IMG/VR virus record: IMGVR_UViG_3300009158_000001
Location: 96,001 to 160,000 of that record
DNA: 64,000 nt
DNA from: a virus
Reading direction: 5' to 3' (one strand)
The notes under the pieces were generated by a model. The model was not told the DNA's origin. It did no database searches and saw nothing but the letters and a program-made list of their open reading frames with translations. Numbering within the stretch: position 1 is the first letter of the stretch; each line of letters begins with the position of its first letter. The position numbers and the translations under genes were made by a program. Shown here piece after piece: positions 63,339 to 64,000 of the stretch.

Positions 63339-63885
63339 TGATCAGATTATCTGGCAAATAGTAATATGGTTCTATACTCAAGTATTAGATATTACTGATT
63401 ATTTCAGTGATACACTTTTAGTTGATGTAAAAGATATTACCTTTCCAGAAACTCTAAATACTTTAGACTTAGATAAATACTATTATGATTTAAATAGTTA
63501 TACAGCTATAGAAGACTATACAAAAAAATTCAAACAACATCCCGACTCTAGAGCGTTCTTTGTATTTGAGTTAGCTATATTCTTTTATCTGCATGCTAAA
63601 TTAGGTCATAACATAGTGTTTTATCCTAGTGAAAGTTTTAGGAAGAAGAACGTATTCTTTATAGAGGAGGAAAACACCGTCTACTATATTAAATATGGGG
63701 ACGATGCAACCTATGATTCTATAAGGAATATTGTTCTTGATCTTAGTAAGAAGCATAAGATATGCAAGTACAAAATATTAACTTTAGATAAAGACTTTAA
63801 AAAAACTAAGATGTTTAAACGTTTTGTTTTTGATCTTTCTAGTTTGAAAGATTTAAATAAAATGACAAAACATCTTGAGGAGTAA
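63301..63885 (+). CDS. hypothetical protein
   Basis: 194-aa ORF. Confidence 0.65.
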   Translation: MSVSKIDTPSLTNDQIIWQIVIWFYTQVLDITDYFSDTLLVDVKDITFPETLNTLDLDKYYYDLNSYTAIEDYTKKFKQHPDSRAFFVFELAIFFYLHAKLGHNIVFYPSESFRKKNVFFIEEENTVYYIKYGDDATYDSIRNIVLDLSKKHKICKYKILTLDKDFKKTKMFKRFVFDLSSLKDLNKMTKHLEE

Positions 63886-63886
63886 G

Positions 63887-64000
63887 ATGCAGATTGAAAA
63901 AGTTATTGCTACTATTAGAAAATCTAATATAGGCAGTGTCCTTTATAAGGCCAAGCCAACAGGTAATTTTTTAGGAGTATTTGGAGTAAAAGAAAGACCG
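63887..64000 (+). CDS. hypothetical protein, partial
   Basis: GAGGAG SD, ATG 63887, open to window end. Confidence 0.55.
   Translation, partial: MQIEKVIATIRKSNIGSVLYKAKPTGNFLGVFGVKERP

Overview
A 64-kb segment of a large tailed dsDNA bacteriophage genome in the standard genetic code; no CRISPR array or rRNA is seen. There are three zones. (1) 1-18.9 kb, minus strand, AT-rich: a packaging/virion module with the terminase large subunit, a P27-like small terminase, three proteins sharing one ~280-aa C-terminal domain but carrying different N-terminal cargo (one ART-like), and a DEDD-exonuclease/SNase fusion. (2) 19.2-39 kb, plus strand, visibly GC-richer: a probable early/first-entry region. 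It opens with one 3763-aa ORF that reads like an operon with its stop codons removed: many in-frame SD+ATG starts, membrane segments, two trypsin-like serine protease domains, a YonO/cellular-RdRP-type single-chain RNA polymerase and a C-terminal HIRAN domain. Downstream is an array of short cassettes. Most start at a 15-nt hairpin motif (GSC-TCCTNCGTC-GSC; 14 copies, covarying stem) and end at an intrinsic terminator, and several contain no convincing ORF. (3) 39.5-64 kb, plus strand, AT-rich: small accessory genes, a VWA/AAA pair, TilS beside an atypical tRNA(CAU), a tRNA cluster with an HNH gene, a tRNA-Leu(UAA) carrying an HNH-encoding group I intron, UvsE, an SPL-like radical SAM enzyme, PurA, DNA ligase, a deaminase and an SLT. 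The best candidate for an undescribed system is the protease-RNAP polyprotein plus its putative hairpin-promoter/small-RNA array. All family calls are from motif recognition by eye, not database searches.
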